A stretch of DNA of 64,000 bases, taken from positions 804,095 through 868,094 of the forward strand of contig CAYVOI010000001.1 in NCBI GenBank assembly GCA_964453605.1, in the 5' to 3' direction. Under the pieces are notes generated by a model. The model saw nothing but the letters and a program-made list of their open reading frames with translations, had not been told where the DNA came from and ran no database searches. This stretch comes from an uncultured Gammaproteobacteria bacterium. GTDB taxonomy: Bacteria; Patescibacteriota; Patescibacteriia; Veblenbacterales; UBA10138. Positions within the stretch are counted from its first letter, which is position 1, and every line of letters begins with the position of its first letter. The translations under genes and the position numbers were made by a program. Shown here piece by piece: positions 19,413 to 30,400 of this stretch.

Positions 19413-20771
19413 TTACCGGGTAGGGCTGGGGGTAGGCTGACTGGTGTTGGTGTTTACTGGCGCAGCCGGCGAGGTGAGCGTAAAGAGCTGCAGCATAGCT
19501 CTGAACAGGTGGTAGTAAGAGGCTTGGGTGTTCGTGCCGATGTTATAGCTTAAGGTGATGAGGTAGTGGTCGGTGGCCAGGTAAGCGTTTAAGCCGTCGA
19601 GCGACATAGCCCAGGTGGTACTACCCACGGTGACAGTGGGAACCTCAGCCGCCGTAAGCCCCGAGACCTGCTTAGCGTACCAGGCCGAAGCGCTGAGCTT
19701 CTCTGGGTTATCAACTACCAACACCTCCACGAACTCACTGGCGTCGGTACCGGTGAAGACTACCTCGGTGCCCTCTTTATCAGTGGCGCGCGCCAACCAG
19801 GCTTTGGGATACTTGAGGCTGTAGCCAAAGCGGTCACTCTGGTAGGTAGCGAGATAGCTCGAAGCTTCGAGCTTAGCCCCGCCGCCAACGGCGGGGTCAA
19901 ACCCGGCCGCCACCTCAGCGCCATCGGCGTAGGTATCACCATCGGTGTCAAGCTTGGCTGGGTCAGTGCCGAAGAGGTGCTCCTCGGCGTCAGTGAGGCC
20001 GTCCTGGTCAGCGTCGACGGTCGGCGAAGGCGGTGTTACCTGCCGTGGTGTACCTGGGCTGGTCGACGGTGTAGGTGTGCTGGCTGTGGCATCTACCCCT
20101 TGAGGCGTAGCCTGGTGATCGCCGGGCATAAGACCAGCCGCACCCTCTTCTAAGCGGAAGCTCAGGGTGTAGCTTGAACCATCACTGCTCAGGTAGAGGT
20201 AGTCGGCACCTCCCGGGGTGGGGTTAGCTGGCACCTGAGCCAGGTAGGTTGTACCCTGTGCCGCACTGGCGAAGCCGGCGCTCGAAAACGTTTTGGACGA
20301 TTCGCCACCAAGAACGAGGGGCAACGGACTCACCGGGTAGCGGCCACCGTTGTCAGCCGCGTAGAGCTTGAGCATAGACTGCAACGTACTCACGTCACCA
20401 TAGCGGATGCGGTCGCGCTCGGCTGGGGTGGTGCTCGGGGTGGCAGGTGCTGGTGCGGCTGGTTGGTTGGTGGTCGGGCTAACCACCGGGGTAGCCAGCG
20501 GCGAGGGTTCAGGCACTGACGGAGGAGCACTACGGAAGAAGGCGAGGTAGGTTCCACCCGCGCCAACGGCCACCAGTACTCCCACCATGAGCCACACCCA
20601 CCAGCGCTTCGGCTTACCGCCGCCCGGTTGAGGTACGGGGCCTGGCGTGGCCACGTTCCCACCTAAGGGCTGGGGCATGGTGTAAATTTCACCCCACGGT
20701 TCTGCTTTAGGCGCAAGGGGCGCTGGGTTTATCTCAGCCTCGGCGGGTTGCTTCTTAGCAAAACCAAACAT
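19413..20771 (-). CDS. Membrane-anchored protein: type IV pilin/GspG-like head, Ca-binding TSP3-like repeats and PsbP-like domain
   Basis: TM; ERDRIRYGDV..LQ..LKLY...GRYP...P.NP...YLY...YTLSFRLE; DADQDGLTD/DTDGD; YGYSLKYP-like segment. Confidence 0.75.
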   Translation of the reverse strand: MFGFAKKQPAEAEINPAPLAPKAEPWGEIYTMPQPLGGNVATPGPVPQPGGGKPKRWWVWLMVGVLVAVGAGGTYLAFFRSAPPSVPEPSPLATPVVSPTTNQPAAPAPATPSTTPAERDRIRYGDVSTLQSMLKLYAADNGGRYPVSPLPLVLGGESSKTFSSAGFASAAQGTTYLAQVPANPTPGGADYLYLSSDGSSYTLSFRLEEGAAGLMPGDHQATPQGVDATASTPTPSTSPGTPRQVTPPSPTVDADQDGLTDAEEHLFGTDPAKLDTDGDTYADGAEVAAGFDPAVGGGAKLEASSYLATYQSDRFGYSLKYPKAWLARATDKEGTEVVFTGTDASEFVEVLVVDNPEKLSASAWYAKQVSGLTAAEVPTVTVGSTTWAMSLDGLNAYLATDHYLITLSYNIGTNTQASYYHLFRAMLQLFTLTSPAAPVNTNTSQPTPSPTR

Positions 20772-20776
20772 AAAGC

Positions 20777-21409
20777 TTAGGGCTGGGTGGTTGGCAGGTT
20801 CAAGAGTTTCCCGGGGCCCGCGGGGTTGTACCCGTTGTGCACTTCCACGCCGTCGGGGTAGCCATCGCCGTCACTATCAACCTTCAGCGGATTGCTGTGG
20901 TAGATGTTCACCTCTTCACCATCGAACAGGCCGTCGCCATCGGTATCAGGGTTGTGGGGGTCAGTACCCAAGGCTTGCTCCTGCTCGTCGCTCAGACCAT
21001 CGCCGTCACTGTCGGTACCGCTGGGGGCGGGTGAGGCGGTTACGGCCGCTGGTTCAGCCGAGGTGGGGGTAGGCTGAGGAGACTGCAGCGGCGGGTTGGT
21101 GGCCGTTGGCGCAGACGACTGCGCCGAGCTGCGGTGCGACCACCACCAGTAGCCCCCCGCTAGTACTGCCCCCGCCAGCACGAGACCGCCAACCACCGCC
21201 CAGCGCAGGCCGGGGCGAGGTTCTGCCAACGGAGGCATGATGGGTACGTTCGAGGGCTGCACAGGAGCAGCCGGCGTCAGGGGCGAGACCGTCGGGCGGG
21301 GAGTAGGCGCTGCCGGCGGCAGCGTGCTCGGGGCTGAAACTGGTTCAGGCCCGGCAAAAATGTCTTCCACACCTTGGTTCGTCGAGGTACTGCCAACGTT
21401 TTCAAACAT
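20777..21409 (-). CDS. Membrane-anchored Pro-rich protein with TSP3-like DxDxDG repeats
   Basis: TM; [27 protein letters not shown]. Confidence 0.85.
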   Translation of the reverse strand: MFENVGSTSTNQGVEDIFAGPEPVSAPSTLPPAAPTPRPTVSPLTPAAPVQPSNVPIMPPLAEPRPGLRWAVVGGLVLAGAVLAGGYWWWSHRSSAQSSAPTATNPPLQSPQPTPTSAEPAAVTASPAPSGTDSDGDGLSDEQEQALGTDPHNPDTDGDGLFDGEEVNIYHSNPLKVDSDGDGYPDGVEVHNGYNPAGPGKLLNLPTTQP

Positions 21410-21465
21410 AGGGGAATGGTGTAGTCGTACGTACTACCGTAGTATACAGCAAGAGAGGCCTGAAG

Positions 21466-24400
21466 TTAATTGCCTGGCGGAATAACGGCCGCAGTGGTAA
21501 AGCTCACCACGCTCCCGAAGCTCAGGCCCTGGCTATTCTGTGCCACGGCACAGTAGCGGTAGGTGGCGCTCGAGTTCAAACCGTTCAGGGTAAAGCTGAA
21601 GGGCAGTGATGAAGCGCCACTGCCAAGGTTAGCGCTTGGGCTAGTGACATTCGGTAAGCTCGTGCAGGCGACGTTCGCTGCACCCCAGCGGAACCAGGCG
21701 GTGGTGGCCAGGCCATTGGGATTACCCTGGCCGTTGAGCCGAGCACCGGAGGTGGTAATAGATGAGGCGGGCGAGGTAGTAACACTTGGTGGGGCAGGCT
21801 GCACAAAGGTAGCTGTCACCGTAGTGTTACTGTTCATAGTAATCGTGCAGGGGCTGGTGCTGCAGCCGCCACCGCTAAACCCGGCAAAGGTTACGCCTGA
21901 CCCGGGGTTAGCCGTGAGCACCACGGCGCTACCCGCAGGGTAGGGGCCGGGGGAGGGGTTCACGGTCACCGTACTCGTAGCCGCCCCCGAGCCCTGCAAG
22001 AAAACGGTTAAGCTATAGAGCGGCGTGCTGGTAAAGGTGGCGGTGACGGTGGTAGCCCCACTGATGGTGGTGGTGCAGGGGCTGGTGCTGCAGCCGCCAC
22101 CGCTAAACCCAGCAAAGGTAGAGCCGGGGTCGGGGTTAGCGGTCAGGCTAACACTCGTGCCGGGCGGGTAGGTGTAGGTACAGGCGGCCGCACTGCAGTT
22201 GGCGTTCGGCGGGTTCACATCAATAGTTCCAGTGCCGGTACTAGCAGAGCTGCGGTTGAGGGTGAGCGTTACCGCGGTAAAGGTAGCGGTCACGGTGAGC
22301 GTAGCGTTGGTGGTGTGGCTGGCGTCCAGAGTCACTTGGCATTGGCCGTTGCTCGGGCAACTGAAGCCTGGGTCAGTGGAGGACCAACTAACGAACCCAC
22401 CTTTACTTGCCACAGCGTTGAGGGTCACCGTGCCCGGGTTGTAGGTCGCACTACAGGTAGCACCGCAATCGATTTTCGTGTCAGTGCTCGACACCGTGCC
22501 ATCGGCTCCACCGTTCAGGGTCTTTTGTACCGTGAGCTGGTAAGCGGTAAAGGTAGCCGTCACGGTAGCGTCGGTGGTGCCCATGGTAACGGTGCACTGG
22601 GTACCGACTGAGCTGGTACAGCCGGTCCAGCCAGCAAAACTGCCCACACCTGTGGTAGTGGCAGTAAGGGTGAGGGTGGTGCCGTCTTGGTACTGTGCGT
22701 TGCAATCGGGGTCACAGTTTATACCGGGGTGCGAGGGGTCGCTCGCGACGTGGCCGCTCGTGGCACCGAGCCCCGACTTGGTAACCTTCAGAGCGTGCGA
22801 GGGCGCGACCTTGAACTTGGCCTGTACCACTACGTCACTGCTGGCAGTGAACGTACAGCTCTGGCTGCCCGCGGCCGCGCAGGTGGGGTCAGCCCAGCTA
22901 TCAAAAACGTAGCTCACGCCAGCGACAGTTTCTGCTGAGGGGCTCAACGTTACGCTCGAGCCAGCCACAAAGCGCCACAGGCAGTTGTTAGTTCCGCTGG
23001 GGCAGCTCTTGCCGCCCGGGGTTGAGGTCACGTTGTGGTTAGTGGTGTCAACGGTACCGACCAGCTTCTCCACCGTAACCTTGTGGGTAAGGGCAAAGGT
23101 GGCGGTGACGGTGGTATCGCTATCCATGGTCACGTTGCAGGTGTGCGGTGGCGGGGTGGATGGGGTTGGCTGGCAGGCGCTCAAGCTCCAGCCGGTAAAA
23201 ACGGAGTCCACGTCCTCGGCCGCCGTCAGCGTTACCACCACGCTGCCGCTCTTGGGGTACGCTTCAGTACACGAGGTGCCGCAGTTTATAGCCTCGCCGT
23301 AGGGGTTGCCCAAAACGGTCGGCTGGTTACCGGTCACCGTTCCCCCACCGGTGCCGCTCTTGCGCACGGTGAGTGTGGCCTTGAGGGCGAAGGTAGCAGT
23401 CACCCTAACCCCGGCCACGAAGGGGGGGCCTAGGGCGTCAGCCGTATTCATGGTTACGCTACAAGGATCGGTACCTGAGCACGCTGGCGAGCCGGCAACG
23501 GTCCAGCCAACGAAGAGCGAATCGGCATCTGGCGTAGCGGTGAGCTTGACGATGTCCGTAGGGCTTTTCTCATACGCCTGGTCGCAGTGCGAGCCCCCTA
23601 CGCCACAGCTGATAGGGTTAGTATCGGGTAGGTTACTGGTAACTGTACCGGCACCACACTTGCCTGTAACAGGGTCACAGGCCCCGTACATAGCTGTGCT
23701 GACGCTCAAACTGGAACGCAGAGCAAACGTAGCAGTAATAGTAGTGTTACTAGTGATATTTACTGTACACGTACCAGTACCACCGCAATCAGCCGCACTC
23801 GCCGGACTCGCCACCCAACCGACAAAGTAGTAGAGAGAAATGTCGCTATCCTTTGGGTAGTGGCCAAGCACTACGGTAGTGCCCCTGATGTAAGTAGTAG
23901 TAGCAGTCGTACAGGCTGAGCCACAGTTTATCTTCGGCGTAGATTCGTTACTCGTCACGGTGCCCTGTGACCCGTTGTTGAGTACCTTGTTCACCGTTAA
24001 CGTATACGTTACCGCGGTAAAGCTGGCAGTTACTGAACGCGCCTGGTCCATGGTTACGGGACAGGTGCCTACCCCAGGGCAGCTGAAGCCGGGGTCAGGG
24101 GAGGACCAACCAGTAAACGTTGAATCGGTATTGGCGCGCGCGGTCAGGGTAACAGAAGTTCCACCGCTGTAGCTGGCGGCACACGACGAACCGCAAGTAA
24201 TGCCGGGGTGGGCGGCATCGCTTGTTACCGTACCGCTGCCAACCCCGCCCTTTTGCACGGTGAGCGCGTAGCTGGGGCGGGCAAAGGTAGCGGCTACATT
24301 GGTAATGGCAGTTACGGTGACCGTGCAGCTCGAGCTACTACCCGTACAGGCTCCAGTCCAACCGGAGAACACTGAACCGGTGCCTGGGTTGGCGGTGAGG

Positions 24401-27400
24401 GTAACCTGGGTGCCACTGCTGAAGGACGCGCTACAGGGCGAAATAGCCGTGCCACAGCTGATGCCGGCGGGTGAACTCGTTACCGTGGCGCTGGCACCGG
24501 CGGCTATGGTGGCGGTGACGTTGAGCGCGTACTGCGGTACAAAGCTAGCTGTTACCTGCTGGTTGGCAGCTGGCATGGTGAACGTACAATCACCCAGTCC
24601 GCTACACAGGCTGCTGCTCCAACCGCTAAATACCTGCCCGCCGGTCGAGGACATGTGGAGCGTGACCGAACTACCGCTCACGTAGCTCTGGGTGCAGGGG
24701 CTGCTGCTGGTGCAGGGGGAGCCGTTGGCTGTTACCGTACCGGCACCCACTACCTTAACATTCAAGCTGTAAGAAATTTGTGCAAAGGTGGCGGAGACCG
24801 ACACCGTACTACCAGACAGCGTCAGTGGACAGGTAGCACTACTAGCAGCTGAAGCGCAAGCTCCACCCCAGCTCAAGAACCGGCTCCCTGGCTGCGGCGT
24901 GGCCGTGAGCGTTACCCGGCTCCCCGGCGTGTACTGCGCCAAGCAGGTTGAGCCACAGCTTATCTTGGGTGAGGCTTCACTGCTCGCTACCACACCAAAG
25001 GTCGAGGGTGTGCTGATGGAGAGGTTGGTGTACTGGTAGTTAATGGTACGCACCACGCTCTCACAAGCATCGCCCGGAGGAATGGTAATGGCATCGCCTG
25101 ACCCCTTCCACCAGGTGACGTTCTTGAACTCGGCGTTAAAGCTCAGGGTAGCGTTGGTTGAGCTTATAGCTTTATACTGGTACACGTGCGAACCGTCGGG
25201 GCACTCGAACGCTTTGGTGCTCTGGTTCCAGCAGGTGGACTGATCAAACCCAGCACTCGCACTGCACTGCGGCCCGGCCGGTGGAGCGGGTAGGTTAAAG
25301 GTATTAACGGGGTCAATTGGTAAGCTGCCGCCGAGATCGCTCGCCAGGTTTTGCTGCCACGACGACCAGCGACTCACGCTGCGCCCAGCCAGGAACGAAC
25401 CAGCGGTAAGCTGCGGCACGGTGTTGGTGTGCTGAGCAGTGTAGCCGTCGAGCCTGGCCTGCACCACGCTCATGTCGGTAAGGCGCCTGAGGTCGCGCTG
25501 AATTTCGTCCTTACTGGTAGACACATTGGTGTTGAACGTCCAGCTTGAAGCCAGCTCTTGGTAGAGTGCCGTGGTGGTGGGGCCGGCCCCCAGGCTGTAG
25601 CCAAAGACGTACAGATCAGTCTCAAAGTTGTCATCAGGTTGGCCAACGGTGTGGGGCTGACCAGTACGGCACCCTGGCCCCGACGAGAGATGACAAAAGT
25701 TGGTAGCCGACACGTAGAGCGTCGAGCCGTCTTGCCCCGCGGCGTAGCCATCCACCGTGGTATCGCTCAGGCTACCCTTAACAATGTCTGGCCGACTCAG
25801 GTACCACTGGCGGGGCGAAAGAGTTAAGAGCTGGTTCCGGTAGATTCTGAGGCCCAGCACGTCGCTATTCACGTCGTTGGTGAGAAAGTACTCGCGCGAC
25901 ACATCACCCGTACCGCTGCCACCGCCTACCACACTGAGCGACGGCAGCACGTTACCAGACGTGGCCTGGAGCACCACCGAGTCAAAGTAAATCGGGTTCA
26001 GGGTGGCGGGTTGAGCGCTGGCGTTGGCGTACAAGCAGATGGTGTAATCTTTCCTGGGGCCACTGTCGAACGCTACCTGGAGCTTCTGCCAGCCCACCGC
26101 GGGAGCGGACAGCGTGCTGGCGTAGCGAAAATCAGTCCGGCACGAGGTGTCGCTCGTCATAACCATGGTTGCACCAACTATCGGACTGTTGGCGGGCAGG
26201 TAGACCAAGGCGGAAGCTACGTAGCTGGTATGCTGTGTCAGCCCGGTAATTTGCCGAGTCAGGGTGTACTGGCCATTGGCTACGTCGGCCTGTGTTGCCA
26301 CGTGGGTAGCGGCCGCGCTCATAGTATCCCCGGCTGTACTCGGCCCAGGCGGAGACGGCGTCACCGCCGGCTGCCAGCCCGCTCCACCCTGCACCGTCCA
26401 CCCCGTTAAACCAGAACTAAAGCTGTCATTGCTCGTCACGAAGTTGCCACCCGTTGCTGCCACGGTACCTGCTCGGCAATAGCGCAGGCGGAAGTGGTAG
26501 TCGTCGTCCTTGAACTCCCAGGGCAGCTCGCACAGGTACACCTCGAGCGAAGCCTCCGCACGAGCAGACCCAATGGTAGGACCAGCGTCACCTGTCACCT
26601 TGAGCGTGGCTTGGCCGTTGCGCGCTGCCGCGCTGACCGTGGCTTGATTGGCTGAAGAGGTGTAGCCCACCACGTTGGCCGGGTCGTTCTTGCTCCAGGT
26701 GTAGGTGACCCCGCTCAGCAGGCTGCCATCAGGCGCTAGGGCTGAGGCGGTAAAGGTTTGGCTCTGACCGGCCGTACTAAACGTATAGCTAGCTGGCATT
26801 ATGCTGACGTGGTCAAGCTTGCAGATATTAGAGCCGGTGCCAAAGCTCAGCTGTGCATCGCTCGGCATGGTGCCACCGCTCGTAGTCTTCAAACCGCTGA
26901 CCCCGCCCACCATCGTCAGGGTGAAGTTTTGCAGTGGCAGTAGCGGAGAGTTTGGGCTGACCAGCACCACATTGGGCGAAGAAGCAGACACCCGAACGCT
27001 CACCGGTATAGGCAGCGATGTCAGGGGTGGCGGTTGGTTCACCATGTCAAGCCTGACGGTGGTAGCGGTCACGCTGGCGGCGCTCAGGGGTTGATCAAAA
27101 GTCAGCTGCAGCTCGACATTGCGACAGACGTTGGCAGCGCCTGCAGCAGGCACCGAGGAAACAAAATTGAGCGGCGCTGGCGGTAGCACCAGGCCTACAG
27201 TGTTGACGTTCAGGTAGAGTGGGTTGCTGACCAAGGGTACAGTTTGGTAGTTTGGTACCCAGCTACCAATACAGGTACTGCCGAGTTGGATGCCCGAACA
27301 CTTCAGCCCCACCTGCACCGTGGCTACGCGCTGCAGGGTGACGTCACCAGAACGGGTAGTTGGATTAGCATTCACAGTTACTTGAGTGGAGCTCCACGTA

Positions 27401-30400
27401 CCAACTGGCGCGGGATCAATGTTCGCGAGTACCACCTTGTGGCTTACATCCGGGGGTACGCTGCTGAACGCATCGCCGTAGAGCGTTACGGTGGTAGGTA
27501 AATTAGTGATGGGTCCGCTCAGATTATTCGGTGGTGCAAACGTAAGCTTACATAATCCCGGTATGAGCGGCAGGTTGCTATCATAATGGAAGGTCTGACT
27601 GTGAGTGACGTCAGTGGTAAGGCCAGCAGCAGTGGTAACGGTCACCAAAGCATCACCGCTACCCGCCGGGGCCTTAACCACAATTTCGGTATCAGTCCAG
27701 TGACCGCAGTAGAGCGGCAGTGGAGCAGAGAGTGTGCCAGCAAACGACACGGTACAAGGCGCACCTGAGGTGCTACCGAGTGAGGCACAAGTACCAAAGT
27801 TGCCTCCCCTCACTGTCACCCAAGTGCCCGCCGGGCCGGTTGAGGGCGTAAGGCTAGTAATGAACGGCTCGCCGGAGAAGGTAACGCCGTTTGAGGTTTG
27901 AAGGTCTGGCGACCCGATAGTGCCATAATTCACAGTCACCCTAAGGGGCCCCGTACGCACACTGGCCGGAATGTTGGGGGTAGTAATAGTAATTTGCTTG
28001 TCTGACCAATTTACTACCTGCCCCGCCCCCATGAGCTTAAACTTGTTGGGGTAGGTAACGTATGGTGGAACCGAACCGTCGGATGGGTTCTCGTTCAGGC
28101 TAGCGCTCGGCACACAGGGCGTAGAGCTACCGCCGCACACCAAGCTCGCAAAACTATTGGATATGACATCGGTATGGTTGTCGGTAAAATGACGTCCGGT
28201 GATGACAACGGTGGTATTAGCAGGCCCAGCCGTCGGGGCAATGGAACAAATGCCAGGGCGGATGGTTGAAGTAACGGTAAAGGTGGGATGGAGTGAGGCG
28301 GCGTTGGCGGCTGAAGAGCCCGCGCCATTTACTACCTCCACGGTCTTCGTGCCCGTAAGACCATCGGGCACCACCACCACAATTTCGGTATCAGTCCAGT
28401 GACCACAGTCAGCAATGGGAGCAACTACACCACCAAACTTTACCTGTCCCCCACCACCAAAATCCTGACCAGTTATGGTAACAACGGTTGCGGCGTCGCC
28501 CGTGGCGTTACCGTCCACTGGCGTCATGCCGGTTATCTTGGGTAGTGTCACCGGCCCAGGCGGCGTTCCAGGCTGGACACTATAAGGCGCAGTGTTAGAT
28601 TCAAGGTTACTTGAGTTGACAACCGTCACCAAGCTAGTTGGCACGCTGATGCTACTCGGGGTAGTAGCGGTAATTTGCTTATCTGCCCACGAACCAGCCA
28701 GCGGGGTAACGGCAGCGGTCTGGTTGGCTGGGCTAATGCTACCGTTGTAATACTTCACCTGGCCCACCGCGGCACCGAACTGGTTACCTTTCAAGGTAAC
28801 GAGTGCTTTTGTTGGATCAGTCAGGTCTGATTGATAGACCGAGCTCGGCGTGGCGCTGCAGAGCCCTGGTGGCTGTATGGCACTGTTGACTGTGTATAAA
28901 GCACTCGCATTACTCTGAACGCCATCTGTTCGCTTGACCCACAGGGGTCCGTTGGTAGCGTCGTCAGCTGTAGAGGCGGTAGAAGTATCTGGCACTTCGC
29001 TTAAGATATGTGTGTTGGTCCAGGTCGGCGCTGAACAAAGCGCTGGGTTAGGCCAGGTACCCGGCACGGGCGGGGTGCCGCTGTGGGTGTAGAGTACTGT
29101 GCCCTGGCTGTTGCCAAAGTAGCAACCGTCAATACCAACCCAGGTACCAATGGCGCCAGTAGTGGGGCCTATACTCTTAATAACCGGCGTACAGGTGCCA
29201 AGAGAGCAGACAGAGCCTGTGCACAGTCCTGCTTGCGTGCAATCTGGAGTACTGCTACAAGCCGTGTCGGAGAGGTACAGGCTATTAGTATCGCTAAAGC
29301 CTGCGGCAGCAGCCTTGATGGTGATAGGCGGCGAGGGGTCGGGGAAAGTGTTAGCCGCTACCTGCTTTTTTGAAGTATCAGCCGGTGCGGTGGGGGCAGG
29401 GTTAATAACAGCATACGAGTTATTGGTCCCCGACTTGGTCCAGCTCCAGCTGTATGATGCCGGGTTCAGCGCGTTACAGTTGTTAGCCTGAGGAAAAGCT
29501 TGGTAGTCTACAGTATCGGTGGGTGTACGGATATAGGCTGGCTGTGTACTCCCTGGGCTAAGTTGCACGCTAGAGAGGTTGCAGACACCCCCGCCAGTTT
29601 GGAAGTGCCATGTATAGGGGAAACCCATGGGCTCACTGGCTGGCGGCGCACTCTTTACCGTGCCGTCGATGGTTACCTGGAACCACTGGCTTGAGGCAAG
29701 CGAGGCGGGGGTAAAGGTAAAGCCCGAGTTAGCCGGGAAGCTGAAAGTCCCAGCCACATTGGTGGTGGGTGCGTTACAGGTAGTTTGATTGCTCCCTGGA
29801 CCACACTGCAACACATGAACACTAGAGCTGCTAATGGTGCTCTGGTCCATGGCGCGGTCGAACCGCGCCATAATGAGCGCGTTGGTACAGGCGGTGGCGG
29901 GGTTAGCAGGGTCGTAAGCCGGGGGACTTGGGCTCTGCAGGTTGGTACTGCAGGCTAAGTCTTGCACCACGCTCGGCGCCGGCTGACACGGCACGTTAAA
30001 GTAGAGTGGATTACTCGCGGGCAGGTTAGGAAGCTGCACGCTAATGGGGTAGGCACCGTTACCAAAAGAAGAGTCAATCACAAAACCACTAATGCTAACG
30101 TCTGACCACGGGCCAGATGGACTTAAAGTGCGTGACCCCACTACTACTGAATTGGGTACAGGCGATGTGTTGCCAAACCGAACGCCGGTGAGCGTCATAT
30201 TAGGAGTGGAACCGCTCATGGCCTTACACATCACCGGGCCAATCGAACATAAGCCCGGCCCCACCGGCGAGTTATCAACTATGAAAGTTTGGGTATTGCT
30301 CTTGTTGCCGCTGGCATCAACCACCTGCACTTTGTACGAACCCTGCGGCAGGGTGGTTGGTATGCGTATCACAATCTGCGAACTACCCCACGAAGTAGCA

